Source of the DNA: Bigelowiella natans CCMP2755
Lineage: Eukaryota; Protista; Cercozoa
Length of the DNA stretch: 64,000 nt
Direction: 5' to 3'
Assembly: GCA_000320545.1 (NCBI GenBank)
Contig: ADNK01002591.1
Coordinates: forward strand, 8,643-72,642
Positions 12,501 through 26,679 of this stretch are shown here, piece after piece. Position 1 is the stretch's first letter. The number at the start of each line of letters is the position of its first letter. Made by a program: the position numbers and the translations under genes. A model generated the notes under the pieces. It ran no database searches. It worked only from the letters and a program-made list of their open reading frames with translations, and was not told the DNA's origin.

Positions 12501-15500
12501 GAGGCTCTGCAGCATGACAGTGGCCGTGTTAACGCCGTCGATGAGCTGCTGTCGCTTAATTTCAAGTTGTGGCTGCTCATTTTGAATTACGAACGATAGA
12601 AGCTGGTCCTCTAGACCCTCTCGCGTGACCGAGAAATCGATCACCGTTGTCTGAGCGGAAAGCTCAGGGGAGAAAAGAGGGTTCGCCACCTTCGTCAACA
12701 AGAACATCTTAAAGTCGAGGGAGTATTCCATTTCCTCACCATCGATCTTGACGATCCATTTGTTGCGTCCACGCCCCTTGGAAATCTTCTTCTGCAAAAT
12801 GGGGTCGAATAGAGGCACGAGATTGTCTACAATACCCTCTACGAGCAGCGTTTTACCGTTCTCAATGCAGAATTTCGCGATTTCACCTAACTTGCGATGG
12901 CCAATGGTTGTGGTTCCCTGGTATGGGAAGTTCTCAGCCTCACGATTCTTGAGCCATGACAGTGCTTGTCCTTGAGGGTCGATCAGAAGAGGGAATCTCA
13001 CGAGGAGAGGATCCGTAGCTTCTCTCGTTTTAGGATCTCTCTTGGGAGATGCCTCAACCACCAAAATACCGTTCTGAACGGAGAGCTGGTCTTTTGGAAG
13101 TGTCTGTGAGTTCCAGGTCGCAATGGTAGCCTCATCTACGAGTAGTTGGGTCACGTCGATGTTCTTGTTGATGGGGATACCCAAGTCGATGCAACCCTGG
13201 TAGAAATCCTCTTTGATGAGCTTGTTTCTGAATGTGAAGTTGAACGGACCGCAGTAGGATACGAACGCACATGCAAGGGCCATATCTCCTAGGAGCTTTT
13301 TCTTGTCCTCAGCGAATTGCCTGCAGCTCTCGCTCCAACGTATCTTTTCTCCTCCTAGAGACTCGATGAGTTTCGTTGCTTCGTCCATCTTTGTCATAAG
13401 CAATTCCTGGTTCTCCTCCAGAGCTTTCTTCTTAGCGTTAGCCTCATCGAGTTTCTTCTGCAGCTCTGCGACGAGCGCTTGGGCCTTGTTGACAGAGTCA
13501 GTCGCGGCTTTGAGTTTCTTGTTGGCAATGTCAAGCTCTGCCTGCTTGATTGCCAGGGCCTTTTGCAACGGCTTGGCTACAAGGGAAGCAATGTGGTACT
13601 GATACATCGCTCGCACGAACATAAGAAGACCTTCTGCAGCCCCCGAGGCTTTTTTCGCGTACTCGGGCAAGAAACCAGGGAACAAGTAGTAAGGTTCTAG
13701 CAACTCCATTGTTTCCTCATTAATCTGATCCTTCTTAACTTTGGCGAATCCAATTACATCGTTACAGAAACTACCACTAGACATGAGCTTCTTGGAAAGA
13801 TCCCAAGAAGGAGTAAAGAACTTGAGGAAAGTTTCAGCTCCACCGTGATTGTAGGTCTTGGCCTCGGCGTTAGTGTCGACTTTTTCAACCAACGGCGCGT
13901 AGAAGAGAATATCAATGCAGTCCATAATACGCTGGATAATCTCAGGTGGCTTGGCGAGGGCCATAATACTTCTAATATCATCAGGCTTAACTTTTGCGGC
14001 AGCTCTCTCTGCAGCCCTAACGAACGGCATCGCAGCTTCTAGGAGCTTGTTCGCTGCCTTCTTTTCTTTTTCAATACCTTGGGCTGTGGCATTCGCAGAG
14101 TCCTGGACCTCAGCAGCTGCAGCCATTTTAACATCAGCCTTCTTCTGACCTTCATTGACACGTCTAACGACCTCTTCCGTCTCTCGCTTAGCTTGAGCGA
14201 CCTCCTTTCCTTTTACAGCAAGCTCCTTCTTAAGTCCTTCTACGGACGTCTCAGCCTCTGCGAGTTTCTCCAGACCCAGGGTCACATCTGACTCTTTCTT
14301 TGAGATCTCCTTCAGTTTTTCCATGTACTTGGCTTTATAGAACATGATGAAGGACAGATACGACTTGGGTGTGACGAATACGCGGCGACGGAACTGGTCG
14401 TAGTAATCGTTGCATGAATCGGTGATGAGGTTGTGCACGTTGGCGATAAACGTTGCAACCTTGAGGTCCATTCCTTCGGAAGCCTCCATCTTGAATCCCT
14501 TCTGCTCTCCTGCGATGAACTTGTTGGACACGTCCTTGAGAGCATCCATAGGCCAGGGCAGGAACCAGTCGATGTTGGTACAGTTGATAAGACCTGGGAA
14601 CTTGCGCGCCCTCTCTGCAAACTTTGTATTGGCGGGAGAGAAAGCCAAGACAATGTGAAGATTGTCCCGAATTCTGTCAATGAAGAACTTATACAAGTTG
14701 TCCGCCGTGTCGTCGAACGCGTTTCCGTACTTCTCCTTCGCGGCGTCTCGGAGATCGCCCGACATCGCGTCTCGCTCATCCTTGGGGATGAGACCAGGAA
14801 TTTCTCCGGTGGCAAGGATCATGTTGATGTATTCCAAAAACTCTTCAAAGATTACATCGAAATCCGCGAAGATCCATGTGAATGAGCGGCCCTCCTTTCC
14901 AACCTTCATGTAAAGGTCATGGATATCTTCCTTAAACTTATCAACCTTGTAGTTCTTGACAACCTCAATTTGGAACACTTCTTGGCGCTGCACGAAAGCT
15001 GCGAGCTTTGTGAGAGATTGTCTACCTGAACCTCCCACACCTACGAGAAGTGCAGATCCCATCGGCGTACCGATGATTCTCGAGATTCGCATCATGTGCT
15101 CCATAGCGTCTGTAAAGAGCACAAGGTCCATTCGTGCACGATAAACCTTTCCAGGGCCTTCGACGGAGGAATCATTGTACTGGCCGAGGAAATGTTCCAC
15201 GCGCGCGCGGATGTCGAGATCATCGGGTACAATCTCGTAGCACCTTTCCGCGAGCTCAGCAATTTCGTCTGTTTCTGGGTCGATTACATCGTCACGGAGG
15301 AAGGATACGAAGTATGGTGGGCGCTCAGCTTCCTTGAATTTCTTGTGGTAATCCTCGCCGAACCATTTCTTAGTCTGAACGAGAGACTCTTTGTAAAACC
15401 ACTGCTTGTCCTTTATCTCGACGAGCTTGTCGCACAATACACGCTCGCACTCGTGCTTCCACAGCGTCACAACAGTATCCTTTTCGTTGGTCACTGCCTG

Positions 15501-18500
15501 ATCTTCGCGGTCCAAGGCAGGAGATTGGAGCATGCCTCCGAAGATACGAGAAAGGTCGCGCAGGTTGAAGATGTAATGGAACTTCGCGGGTGTCGGAAGC
15601 ATCTTTGCCTTACACATGTTCCACAGCTCGATAGTGGCTTTGGTAACGACATCAGTCATCTCAGCCAACTCTTTGAGCTCTTGAAATTTATAATTCTCTC
15701 GCATCATCGTACCGTAGATTGTGTTGACTGTGCTCTGTTCGGGGGGTGTGACGTTGAACACATACAAGTGGCGTTTGCATCGATCTGGAATGTCATTGCG
15801 TCCTCCTCCCGGATGGGTCATGGCTGCGATGTACTGTACTTTCGTAACCTGCATCATACGGCCACGTAGGTCCTTGTCCAAGAAGTAGAACCCGCCTTGT
15901 TCAAGCGCCTGACGCACAATTTCCAGGGTTGGCTGGTCACCCCATATGTTGACCTCAGGCATCGAAAGGTCGTCGAGGAACACCATCATAGGACGTCCAT
16001 CACGAGGGTGGAAGATTAGGTTGGATTTCTTCTCAAGGTCGGCCTCCATCTGCGACTGGAACATACCTGGTAGCGTAGCGAAGGAGAAGTTTGCCTTCTT
16101 GAAGATCAGACGTGGGTCCTCCTTCATCAACGATTCGCAGTATTGCTGCACGATCGAGGTTTTAGCCGTACCGGGAGACCCGATTACAAGCGAAGGTCGG
16201 TTTATTTTTTTCTTCATGATGTCGAAAAGGAAGAAAGATCGTGCGGTTTCCACAGTTGGAACCAAACAGGTGGAGAAGTTGAAGGATTTTCCCGGGAACT
16301 TCCATTCTTCCGACTTCCATTGTTGCCACTGAAGGTAGTTCTCTGCTTCAGGATCCTGCTGCACGAAGAAGTCGTATGTGGTAAGTGGCTCCTTGCAATC
16401 AGGCAAGTTCTTTCCGCCAGACCATTTCTTCATGCGCTGGTGAAGCTTAGCGCGGTCGTCACTCTCCAGCAGGGCACCGAGGGACCAGAAGAACGAGTAC
16501 AAGAACAGCTTTTCGTACGCCTCCTCTGGATAAGTTTCATCGTTGTCCTTGGACATCAGCATACCCTTCATCAGGCACAGAAGGTTTGTGATCATATGGA
16601 CGTCCATAACGGGCATCATGGATGTTGTATGCCTCCTGAGCCACCTGAGGGAGCTCTCGGTAATATACTTATCGCATAAACCTTTGATGATCTTGCTTTC
16701 CTCCTCATTGAGCTTCTCCCTTTCCATCAGCCATGCTTCGACAACTGGAATGTATCCCAAGTCCTCACTCGAGACATAGACAATTCCAGCTCGTGACACC
16801 GTTGCGGGAGAGGCGTTGCGAAGATCACGAGGCTCGAATAAGATACGGCAATTTTCGTGCATCGGCACACGGTCACCATTCGCAAGCGTGAGTAGCTTGT
16901 TGTCATCCAGGACAGTATTGAGATTTTCGATCCAAATAGAGTCGACAGGGCCGTCACACACAATCCAGGTCCTCTTGGTAGTGGTAGGCTTGTTTGCCTC
17001 GAACCAGATCGCAGAGAAGACACCGTCAGTCCACTCACCAGAAAGAAGGTCGTTCTCTCCGAACATCTCCGGAGCGCGAAGAGCTTTCGGGTTCATGCGG
17101 ATCTCCTCACACTTCGGAGTACCTTCGTTTGCGGCTATGGCAGATAGGGCCTCTAGGAGTACGCGGGTAGCTTCAGTTTTTCCTCCTCCTGCAGGACCGA
17201 CCATCATCAAACCGTGGCGGACAAGCGAGGTCTCGTAGAGCTGAATAGCTTTCTTCTTCCAAGAGGGGTAATAGACCAGACCCATCTCTTCGCATGCGTC
17301 TTTCATCTTGTTCTCGAGTTCTGGCCATTCCTTAACCGCAGGATCACCCTGGTTAGGGAACAAGTCATGAAGTAGCGAGATAAAGAGGCCGACGTCATCA
17401 GCAACCAGCTTCGCAAGGTTCATATCACGAAGGGTTCGCATCATAAGCATCTCCTCGAGGTCGTATCGGTCCTTGATGTCGCCCTTCTTGAGAGCTTCAC
17501 GAAGATTCGTACCAGCTGTACGCAAGACGGAAATGATGTTACGAAGACCGAAGTCGTAGTGGCGCTGTGCTGAGAGCTGCTCCTCACACAAACGGTAAAG
17601 GATACGGAACTTCTGTGCCAATTTATCGTAGCTTTGGTAGCCCTGAGCTGCGAGGAAAACACGGATAATGATCTCACGATCAGGAACCATCATCGCTACA
17701 CTACGGAAGAGGGCCTTGAGGTTCTCAGGAAGCTCCTGACGGCCAGCGTAACCAGGATTCATGGTGATGAAAAAGCCCAGACGCGGATCTACACCGACAT
17801 CGCCGTCAGTTCCGGGGAATTTGAACTTAGGTTTACGCTCTCGGAGAGCGTTCATGATAGCCTCCACCTGCTGTGCAACGACGGATAGGACCTCGAGCTC
17901 AATACGGTTGAACTCATCGAAGCATCCCCAGGAGCCGGACTGGCAAAGACCTTTATAAAGCTTAGCCGTATCGGCTGTGTGCATCTGATCGGAACAGTTG
18001 AACACAACGCACCACTTGCCCAATGCACGCGCAAGGTCCTTGGTGGTCTCGGTCTTTCCGGTACCAGCAGGTCCTGCAGGAGCGCCTCCGTAGCACATAC
18101 CGAGAGCCTGTGTGAGTGAGATGTAGCATCGATCCGTAAGAGGTGTGATCACGAGCCGTCCGACGCACCCGATGTACTCGTAGCAGTATGCGAAGTCAAC
18201 GTTGGCAACCTGGATGTGACACTCGTCTTCCTCTACATTCCAGTAGCAACGTAGCTGTCGCTGCCAGGCGAAGTCGTTGATGTTTTGTAGCTTCTCGTCG
18301 CCCTTCTTCTCTGTGGCTTCGAGAAGCTCATCGAGCACGTCGACCTGGTGGACCTGGATGGTGACCATGGTCTCTATCTTGACGCGGTCCATCTTCTTTG
18401 CAATTTCCTGGGTGACGAGCTTGGTAAGCGACTCAAGGATACCACGCTGCTTAACACCAGCCTCTGAAAGGGCCTTTGGATATTTTCGCAAGCGGCTGAT

Positions 18501-21500
18501 GCCCTCCTGCACGTCGGAGGTCCACATAAATTGGATACCAAGGAGCGCGACTTGGCCTGCGGACTTGTCGATGAAGTCCTTGATTGGCATAGCGTCGTAA
18601 GTTGTTGCACCATGGCGCACGATACCCTTGACAGCTTCCATCATTTCTTTGAGGAGCACGGTGAGCCAGTCCTCGATGTTTCCCTTCGCAGCAACGGGCT
18701 TCTTAAGAGCAACTTTTTCAGCCTCTTTGCGCTTAGTGTTCATGATGTACTCGATGTTGTTTCCTTTGAACTCCACCCGATTCACTGCAGCAAACACTTT
18801 CTCAAAACAACTTTGTACTGCGTCTTTGTCGGAACCCTGCGATAATATGTCTAAGAGAGCCGTATCGGAAACAAAATAGAAACGTGGAAATCGTGATCGC
18901 TTCTTTTCTAAATATCCGGTCAGAGATTTCTGGCACTGCTCAAGATCTGCACGCATCTCCTTCAAGAGGTTCACAACGTACTCATCCTCACAACACTGTG
19001 CGACGTTCTTGACTTCCTTTGCCTTCTCCATGAGTCCAGAGCACCATTCCTTGTCTCTCTTCTGGAACACACGCGTATCCTTAGGAAGGGCGCGCATGAT
19101 ATCTCCGGCGGTAAAGACGGCTTCGAGTGATCTCCACATGACTTGTACCTTGAGCCAGCGATCTAGAGTCTCGTTGACACGAGTAAGCTTTTGGGCAAAC
19201 TTCTCGGCGCGTTCCCTGAACGGCTTGATGTGCTTGTTTGCGAGCAAACCGGAAGCCGCACCTTGCGACTCCTCGAGTTCAGTTTGAATATCGTTCATAC
19301 GGTCTCCCTTGAAGATCACATCGCCCCTGTTTTTCCAGGGTGCAAAGTCGAATTCAAAGGCGTCCCACTTGCGCTCCTCAGCGGTGAGAAGATTCTCAAC
19401 CTTCAGTTGCTTCTCGGAAGCGTCGCAGATCTCGGCAATCTCATCTTTGTTCTCGATGGAGGAAAAGAGAGCGTCCATAACCTTCTTGAGCTTCATTTCT
19501 CCGAAGTCAGACATTTTAAACTCGGTCTTGGTCCAGTGCGAGACTTCGTCCCAGTGACGCTGTTTCATAGCTGGTCGTGCAAGCTCGGTGAGAAGTGGCA
19601 AGATCTGATTGAAGTCCTCGAGCTTCTGTTTCAGATCTACATAAGCCTGCCATCCTCGGAGTTTCTTGGGCATTGATTTACATCGTTTCTCGAAGCCTTC
19701 TACAGTCGCGGTCATCTCTTCAATATTGGCAACAACCTCGCCCCAAAAGAGGTCACTGTATGTGTCAATGGTGTTGAGAACGTCGTTGTATAGGCCATAA
19801 AGCTTATCAAGCAGCTTCAGCTGGCCCTCTGCAACGCCAAGAGTTGGATAGCTCTTTCTTGGGAGTCCGAACAATCTCTCGCCCTCTCCGTAGAGCTTCA
19901 TCTTGCGGTTGAGAGTTGCAAACTCGCGTTGGAATTTCTTAAGACGGGAAGTCGCGACCTTAGGGTCAATTCCCTGCACCATTGGCCCATTTGCCTGGTA
20001 GTCTTCGTCGAAGTCCTTGACGTCAGTTTGGAACTGAGCAACTTGATCGACTAGACTGGTCTTGTACGGTCCCTTAATCGTGCTGATGTGTTGGAAAGTC
20101 TCCTCTGAGCGAGTTAGGATTTCGTGCCACATACGCCTCAGGTTATTCTCAGCATCTTCCTCGGTCTTGTCGAGCTTGATGTACTTGCTAAGGACACCTA
20201 ATCGCTCGAATATCTTCACAAAGCGGGACTCCATGCTAGACTGTGCTGCACGAATATTGGCCTGGGCATTCATAACGTTATTGAGGGACATAATATCCTT
20301 AATCTCACGATCAAGACCCTCTCCAAGCTCTTTGAGTTCCACCTTGAGGTCATCCAGCTTGGTATTGGCTTCCTTGTACAACTTTTTCGAGAAGGAGATC
20401 TTCCACTCAACCACCTCCTTGTTGAGACCCTGCTTGAGCTTATCGGTGAGAAGCAAGAGTGGGCCGTGGGAGGTGGTATCGGTGAAGTTTTTGATAAGTC
20501 CTTCCTGCTTGACGAAGGAGCGAAGCTTGTTGACGTAGTCGTCGATGATGAGGCCGGGCTGCCTAACGAAGGCCTCGTACTCAGCCTGTGGGTTGCCCTC
20601 CCAGAGCCACTTGAACTTGTAGAAAGGTTCCAGATTAGCGTTCATAGATTCTTCGTGCTGTCCCATGCAACTTTCGATTTTGGTCATAAGTTGGCTGACG
20701 TTGTCAACGAGACGCTCATAGAGAGTTTGGCGCGGTACAACTTTTCCATCCTCACTGACACCCCAATCCATCAGCTTCTCTCCAGGCATCAACATACAGT
20801 TCTTGACTTGGTTCACGCCTTTCTGTACAGCCTCCACGGTCGGTGAGAGCACGATCTTAGGGGCCTGAAGCTTGAGATTTACCTCAAAAAGTGGTTCCTT
20901 CGATTCGAGCTTTCCCATGAAATAGGTCATCGAGTTAAGGAGAGACTTTAGGACAGCATCATAAAACATCTGACCGAAGTAGTGTCGCACACGGTTTTGC
21001 TCCAGGGAAGACGGAGCAGGAATGCGGCGAATCTTTGCGTCGTTAGCAATCTTTTTGCACACGTCGTACACACCGCGCTCAATCTCAAGATTCTTTTCTA
21101 ATAAGACTTCACAGCACTGCACCGAGTACTTTTTCTGTTCGTTCACGAACTCGCCGATTTTGTACGTTGTGTCCTTAGAGATCTTTACAAGGAGAATGGT
21201 CTCCACGAACTTGGTATTACTCATAATAACATTGTCAATGATGTTATACACGAGATCCTTCAAAGCTCTAAATTCGTCGATGGCGGTATTGACTTTGAGG
21301 AGGAAGGAATCAATACTTAACGACGTCCATCTAAGGCGGGTCTTGCCTGCAGCAACGACCGACTTCAGGTGGCGTATATGCGCTGAGAATAGTTCCTTGA
21401 CGGGAGTACTTGGCAGAGTTACAGCATCATTGTACCTTTGCACTGTGTTGGTGACCTTCACCTTGTACCGCTGGAGTTGGTCCTTGAGCAAAATCACATT

Positions 21501-24289
21501 TTTCATAGCACTAGGGATCTCGAAGCCCATGTTTCCAAGGTGCCTAGCTTCTTTCATGTGACGCGTAATACTTGGCTCGAAGTTGACTAGAAGCTTGTTC
21601 TTTTGAGAGGCGACAATGGGGGTCCAAAGCTTTTTCTTGGCATCAGAAGCTGCCTTCTTCCAGTTCCCATAGTGCGTGATCTCGAACTTGATCAATTGCT
21701 CAGCAAGATCGTTGAAGACACGGACTGTACGCTTAGCCTCGCGTCCTCCCCCGCCCTCTCGGCGAGCGAAGATCTTGAGCCCATGTGGTGAGTGCTTAAA
21801 AGCCATCATCGGATCTGTGATAGTGCGAAGAAGCTGGCGCGACCAATGGATCGAACCTGCTACTTTGGTCATATTTCTAGCGGTTGGTGGGCGGGTGCTA
21901 TATTTTGAGAATAACGTCTTGATGTCGTTGCCATTCTTGTTGGCGAGGAGACGCCCGTAGATCTGGAACAAAGTCATGTATTTGTCTTCAAGGTCCCTTC
22001 GGAGCGACTCCTGGCGAATGACGTTATCGAAGTTCGCCATAATGTTGATCTTTTTCATAATTGGTGCCCTTGAGTTAATTGCAGTTGAAATAAGTTCTTC
22101 CACCGCAGTTTCGACTCTGGAGTTCATCATGTTAAACTCGACAAAGTCCCTTTCAAATGCAGAATTGTTGTAATCCAGCAAATCGTGCTCTCGTAGACTA
22201 AAGTCTCGGACGACCTGGTTGAACTCGGTCAGAATAGTATCAATGCCATCAATGTGGTGATCTTTGAACAACTTGTATTGTTCCATAGCGGAAAACATAT
22301 CGTGGAGCTTCTCAGCTCTTTGAATGAAGTCGTGGAAGTGATTGAAGATGCGCTTCAGGTTAAAAGATGCGAATGATTTCTTATACGAAGGGGCAGCTAT
22401 CTTCTTCTCTCCAGACTTCTTTTCCTTGCTGACCTCTTCAGCTGCCATATGAAATTGCTTGACATATGCATCGCGAAGCTGAATCGATTCCTCAAGATTT
22501 TTTACTACGTCACTTGACTTGCGATCCCAGATTAGTGAAACCCGGTTCCCGCCGTACACCACTTGCTTGCATCTCGTCACAAGCTGGTTAGTGATGCGAG
22601 CAAAGAGGTTTGTCATTCGAATTGTCTTGCCGTAATGGCGAGAGAGAATGTATATCATCTTCATGTTGCTCATTATCACGGGAAGAAGTTCCTTAATATT
22701 GACTAAGTCGCTCTCGTAGCATGGTTTCATAGCTTTTCCCAACTTAGTAAGAAAGCGCGAGCTATCCTTAGCCTCATTTAGAGCATGTGTGAGTGACATG
22801 TTCATCTCCCGCCACTCTGCGAGAAGTTTTTTGGTTGTATCTATTGATGCGAGCAACTCCGCTTTCTCGGGCTTCTTCGCCGGCTCCGCGTGCTCGTTGA
22901 GTACGCCGAAGACGGTTCGGCTGTTGGGATCATTAAGTGCCTCTGTAGCATTTGTTAATGTTAGTTGCCTGCGGTTCCAGAAACTAATTTCAACTTCAGG
23001 TCCCGTGGTGTTCCCTGGCTCAAGAAGTTCATTGCTCTTATCTTCCGCAATATACGTGGTAAGCTCATTTATCCAGGTGGTGAGTACTTTCCGGCAACTT
23101 TTTACAGTTGCTTCTGATTTTGCGGCTGCCTTGTACCCCTTTGGCGACTGTTCTATATTGTCAAGATTGGGAATAGCTAGGGCAATATCGCCTTTGAGGT
23201 TGGCGATCGATTCTTTCAAGCTTTCTTCAAATTTCGCAGTTTGTTCGACTAGGACCTAAGAAGAAAAGAAGAAAAAAATATTTTTCAACCTTCCAGAAAA
23301 TGTCCTTCGTTTTAGGGAAAACATCGCACAATGTAGATACTACACTTGACCATACATTTCCTATCCTACCTGTCTCTTTTCATCAGTGACTTTTCCTAGC
23401 TTGACACTTTTGAGAAGTGGCTCGAAAATCTGTTCGACAGTGTCGGAAAAGGGACCGAGGGCATTTGTATGGAAAACGCCCGAGATAAGATCCTTGTCAA
23501 CTTTTGTCTTCACTTTGATAGGAGCATCGGTAAGACGAAGGAAGTACAAGAACTTGCCAGTGATCTCGGTTGGGTCAGTCGTAAGTTTCAAGGGCACAAC
23601 TTTACGTCTCTCAACACCACCTACGAAGAGTTACGAAGTTTTATGTGATTCAAATGATTTTTATTTATCTCCACAGCTTTATACTATTTTACATAACAGT
23701 ATACAATTTAAAACAAGTGCTTGTATGTACAAAATAGGGAATACTCTAGCTTGATTGGATACATGTAGCCTACCTTTTTTCTTCTTCTTCTTTTTTCCTT
23801 TTCCATCGTCCTTTTCTTCAGCCACTTCCTCATATACGCAATACCTTAATTGAGATAAAGGAAGATTAGAGGGAAGATTTTAGTTACACATTTGCGATTC
23901 ATATCCTGTTAGTTCCTTCAGAATAAAAATATTCAGACTGTGAGAACTGTGAGAAGTGTTGGGCTAGAGAAATACAATTACTTTTTGGATGTGCCTTGCT
24001 CCAAGAATTTGACGAGTTCCTTTTTCTCCCTGATTGAGAAGAGTATATTATAATAAGGATAAACAAAGTATTGGTTCAAATTCTTATTTGAAATTGAAAG
24101 GGTTTCTCGTCTCGCTCAAATTATAATATTTCATTTCACAAATTATAGATGTGCAAAGGGCAATCCCAGCAGAGTATCCAATATCATTAGCTACCCGGAA
24201 ACAAATTCCTTGGCGGGTTCCAATTCCATAAAGAAAGTCTCTGCAATCTCCCCCGCCATCCATTCCAGCCGCGGTGCTAACGTCGCCAT
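9555..24289 (-). CDS. Axonemal dynein heavy chain, outer-arm gamma type (DNAH5/DNAH8/ODA2-like), ~4721 aa, 5 exons
   Basis: 4554-aa ORF with dynein AAA P-loops GPAGTGKT, GPAGGGKT, GSPGTAKT and GVGGSGRQS, plus RFPRFYF, CFDEFNR, WIENLNTVLDDNK, stalk coiled coil, PLLIDPQGQ and ERRKFGPIGW. GTAKT in AAA3 and the tail (GPEVEISFW, MTNLFARITNQL) resemble gamma chains. Phase-consistent GT-AG exons are 24289-24195, 24029-23982, 23844-23774, 23620-23370 and 23255-9555 (14,166 nt, divisible by 3). The protein starts MATLAPRLEWMAGEIAETF. Confidence 0.96.
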
Positions 24290-25576
24290 CTTGCCGAATC
24301 ACAGCCCTATCCTTTGGAATTCAAGAACGAAGCAATCAATTAACGCTTATTGTTTACTGCGATGATGGACATCGATAATGCATATCCAGAAGCATCGATT
24401 TCCCCTATATTTTTCAATGTTATTCTAGCTAACATGTATACAGAGCCACAGTGCACAAAACCAACCTGTGGCGCAAGTAGATTCTAGGATATCCGGTTTC
24501 TTTCCGGTTTTTCAGATCTCTCTCTCCCTCCCTCTCTCTTATATTAGAATATCCCTTAACCCCTTTTGTGTTCGGGTAGTGATATCCTAAGAAAAAGGCC
24601 TTAAGGCAGCAAGTATTGGGGGGCGGGCGAGAGAGGTTTTTTCAAAGTCTGGTTGAAAACGCCAACCGAACAAACCCTTATAAGATTAGGTCTACGCGGT
24701 TGTATAAGCATTACCATAAAATCTAATATATTTATGAAATTATATTGGAAAAAACATTGTCGTTAATCTAAATTTAGCGTAACTTCAAAATATTTTGCAG
24801 AGCCGAGAAAAGAGATAATATTATATTGGTCCTAAGATCGCCCTCACAGAAATATAATTCGATGGGATTACTAATTATAATGTATCTTACAAATACGACT
24901 GCTACAAATATAATATTATGTTAAATTAGTCAATCATTTAGTACTGTTTGATTTATTCTAAGGTCTTGTTGGAATCGAACTGCTGGAAACGATTGAGCCA
25001 ATTTAGGATGTTTTAACACGTATCTGACTCAAAATTCAACATAATGGCCTGTATCGTCAAATTTGATCGAAGTTTAAAAGCCTATGGCAGTTACCTACAT
25101 ATTCTGTCCTCGCGAAATTTTATTTACCGAATTATTTTAATTTTGCCCAGCAGATGGTAAAAAGCTTTGCATTTTCTTCTGCACATTGACGAAATAATAA
25201 TTAGAAAACTAAAAAAGCGGACTCCGGAATTCTCCGATCCTAAAGTATCACTGCGTCTAAAAGTAATGTTATAGTCGAATCAAATCTAGTTAAATATAAT
25301 AATACGACATCAGTAATGAGCTATTAATATAACATAGTAGACACATTTTAGTTTATTTAATTTTTTAGAAGGTCCCACAAAGATCTCATTTATTTTTTCA
25401 GAAAACTTTGGAAATCTTGTGCTTGTCGGTATCTACAATACAACATATAAAATGTTATAACGACATCAGTATATCACGAAATTAGAGTATAAAATAAGGT
25501 ATCGCAGCAAAGCATTCTACCTGTTGCAGCTGAAACAGTATCCTTCGCGCATATACTTGCACATCACAAGACCACC
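24290..25576. promoter_or_regulatory. AT-rich divergent intergenic region between dynein HC and RPS23 (putative promoters)
   Basis: Lies between the divergent ATGs at 24289 (-) and 25577 (+). It is AT- and TA-rich with no ORF. No specific motif identified. Confidence 0.45.
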
Positions 25577-26017
25577 ATGGGAACTGGTTCGCACCCCCCC
25601 CGTTCACCCTCCTTTTTGCTCTTTCTCCTAGATATTTTGGACCAATATTTGCGAAGTTTAATGTGAAACTTGTGTAGCTATTTTGTTAATGAAAAGAGTG
25701 AGGGAAGGGGAGGGTATTCAGGCCTGATAGTTGAAATGGTAAATCAGGTAAACCAAGAGGAATCAAAGCTGCTCGTAAGCTCCGAAGCCACCGCCGTGTG
25801 TCCAAATGGGCTCAAAAATCCTACAACAAGGGTCACTCTCAGGCTCGTTACAACAAGCAGCTCTACAACTTGGCTTCACACGCGAAGGGAATCGTCGTTG
25901 AGAAGGTGAGTGCGTGCCTGCAGAGAATTCAATTAAAGTGACGTATAATTACAAACGTGATTAGCTCTATCTATGTCATATGTCGCACCTCTACATAGAC
26001 TAATTATTATTATATTA

Positions 26018-26078
<61 letters not shown>

Positions 26079-26268
26079 TCTCTCTTTTCCCTCTCGCTTC
26101 TTTCTCTCTCCACACACTCTCCGTCCTTTCCCCCCCTTTCTCTCCCTTCTTCTAGTTCCTCTCTCCACCTTTCTCTCTCCCTTCACCTTTCTCACTCCCA
26201 CTCTCCATATTTATTCTTTCTTTCCCTCTCTCTCTCTCCCCCCCCCTTCTCTCTCTGTGTGTGTGTCG

Positions 26269-26306
<38 letters not shown>

Positions 26307-26679
26307 AATAGAGAGAGAGAAAGAAAGAAATAATATGTTTTAATTGCTGCAAGGCAAGGGGAATAATCGTAAGGCATTATTTTAAGCGAATATCCTTATC
26401 ATAATTCAGGTTGGTATCGAGGCCAAGCAGCCTAACTCAGCTATTCGTAAATGCGTGCGTGTGCAGCTGATTAAGAACGGAAAGAAAGTTACAGCATTCG
26501 TTCCAAACGACGGTTGTTTGAACTTCGTAGATGAAAACGACGAAGTTCTAGTGTCTGGATTCGGTCGATCCGGTCACGCTGTGGGTGATATTCCCGGTGT
26601 TCGTTTTAAGGTTGTGAAGGTAGCAGGTGTCGGTCTGCTCTCCCTTTTCAAAGAAAAGAAGGACAAGCCACGTTCGTAA
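25577..26679 (+). CDS. RPS23: 40S ribosomal protein S23 (uS12), 145 aa, 3 exons
   Basis: Exons 25577-25586, 25748-25905 and 26410-26679 with GT-AG introns give [15 protein letters not shown]...[46 protein letters not shown]...[13 protein letters not shown]...KKDKPRS. Confidence 0.98.

Noticed and set aside
9578-23259. Dozens of 60-260 aa ORFs overlapping the dynein gene
   Set aside because: Antisense or alternate-frame shadows of a long codon-biased exon, with no motifs.
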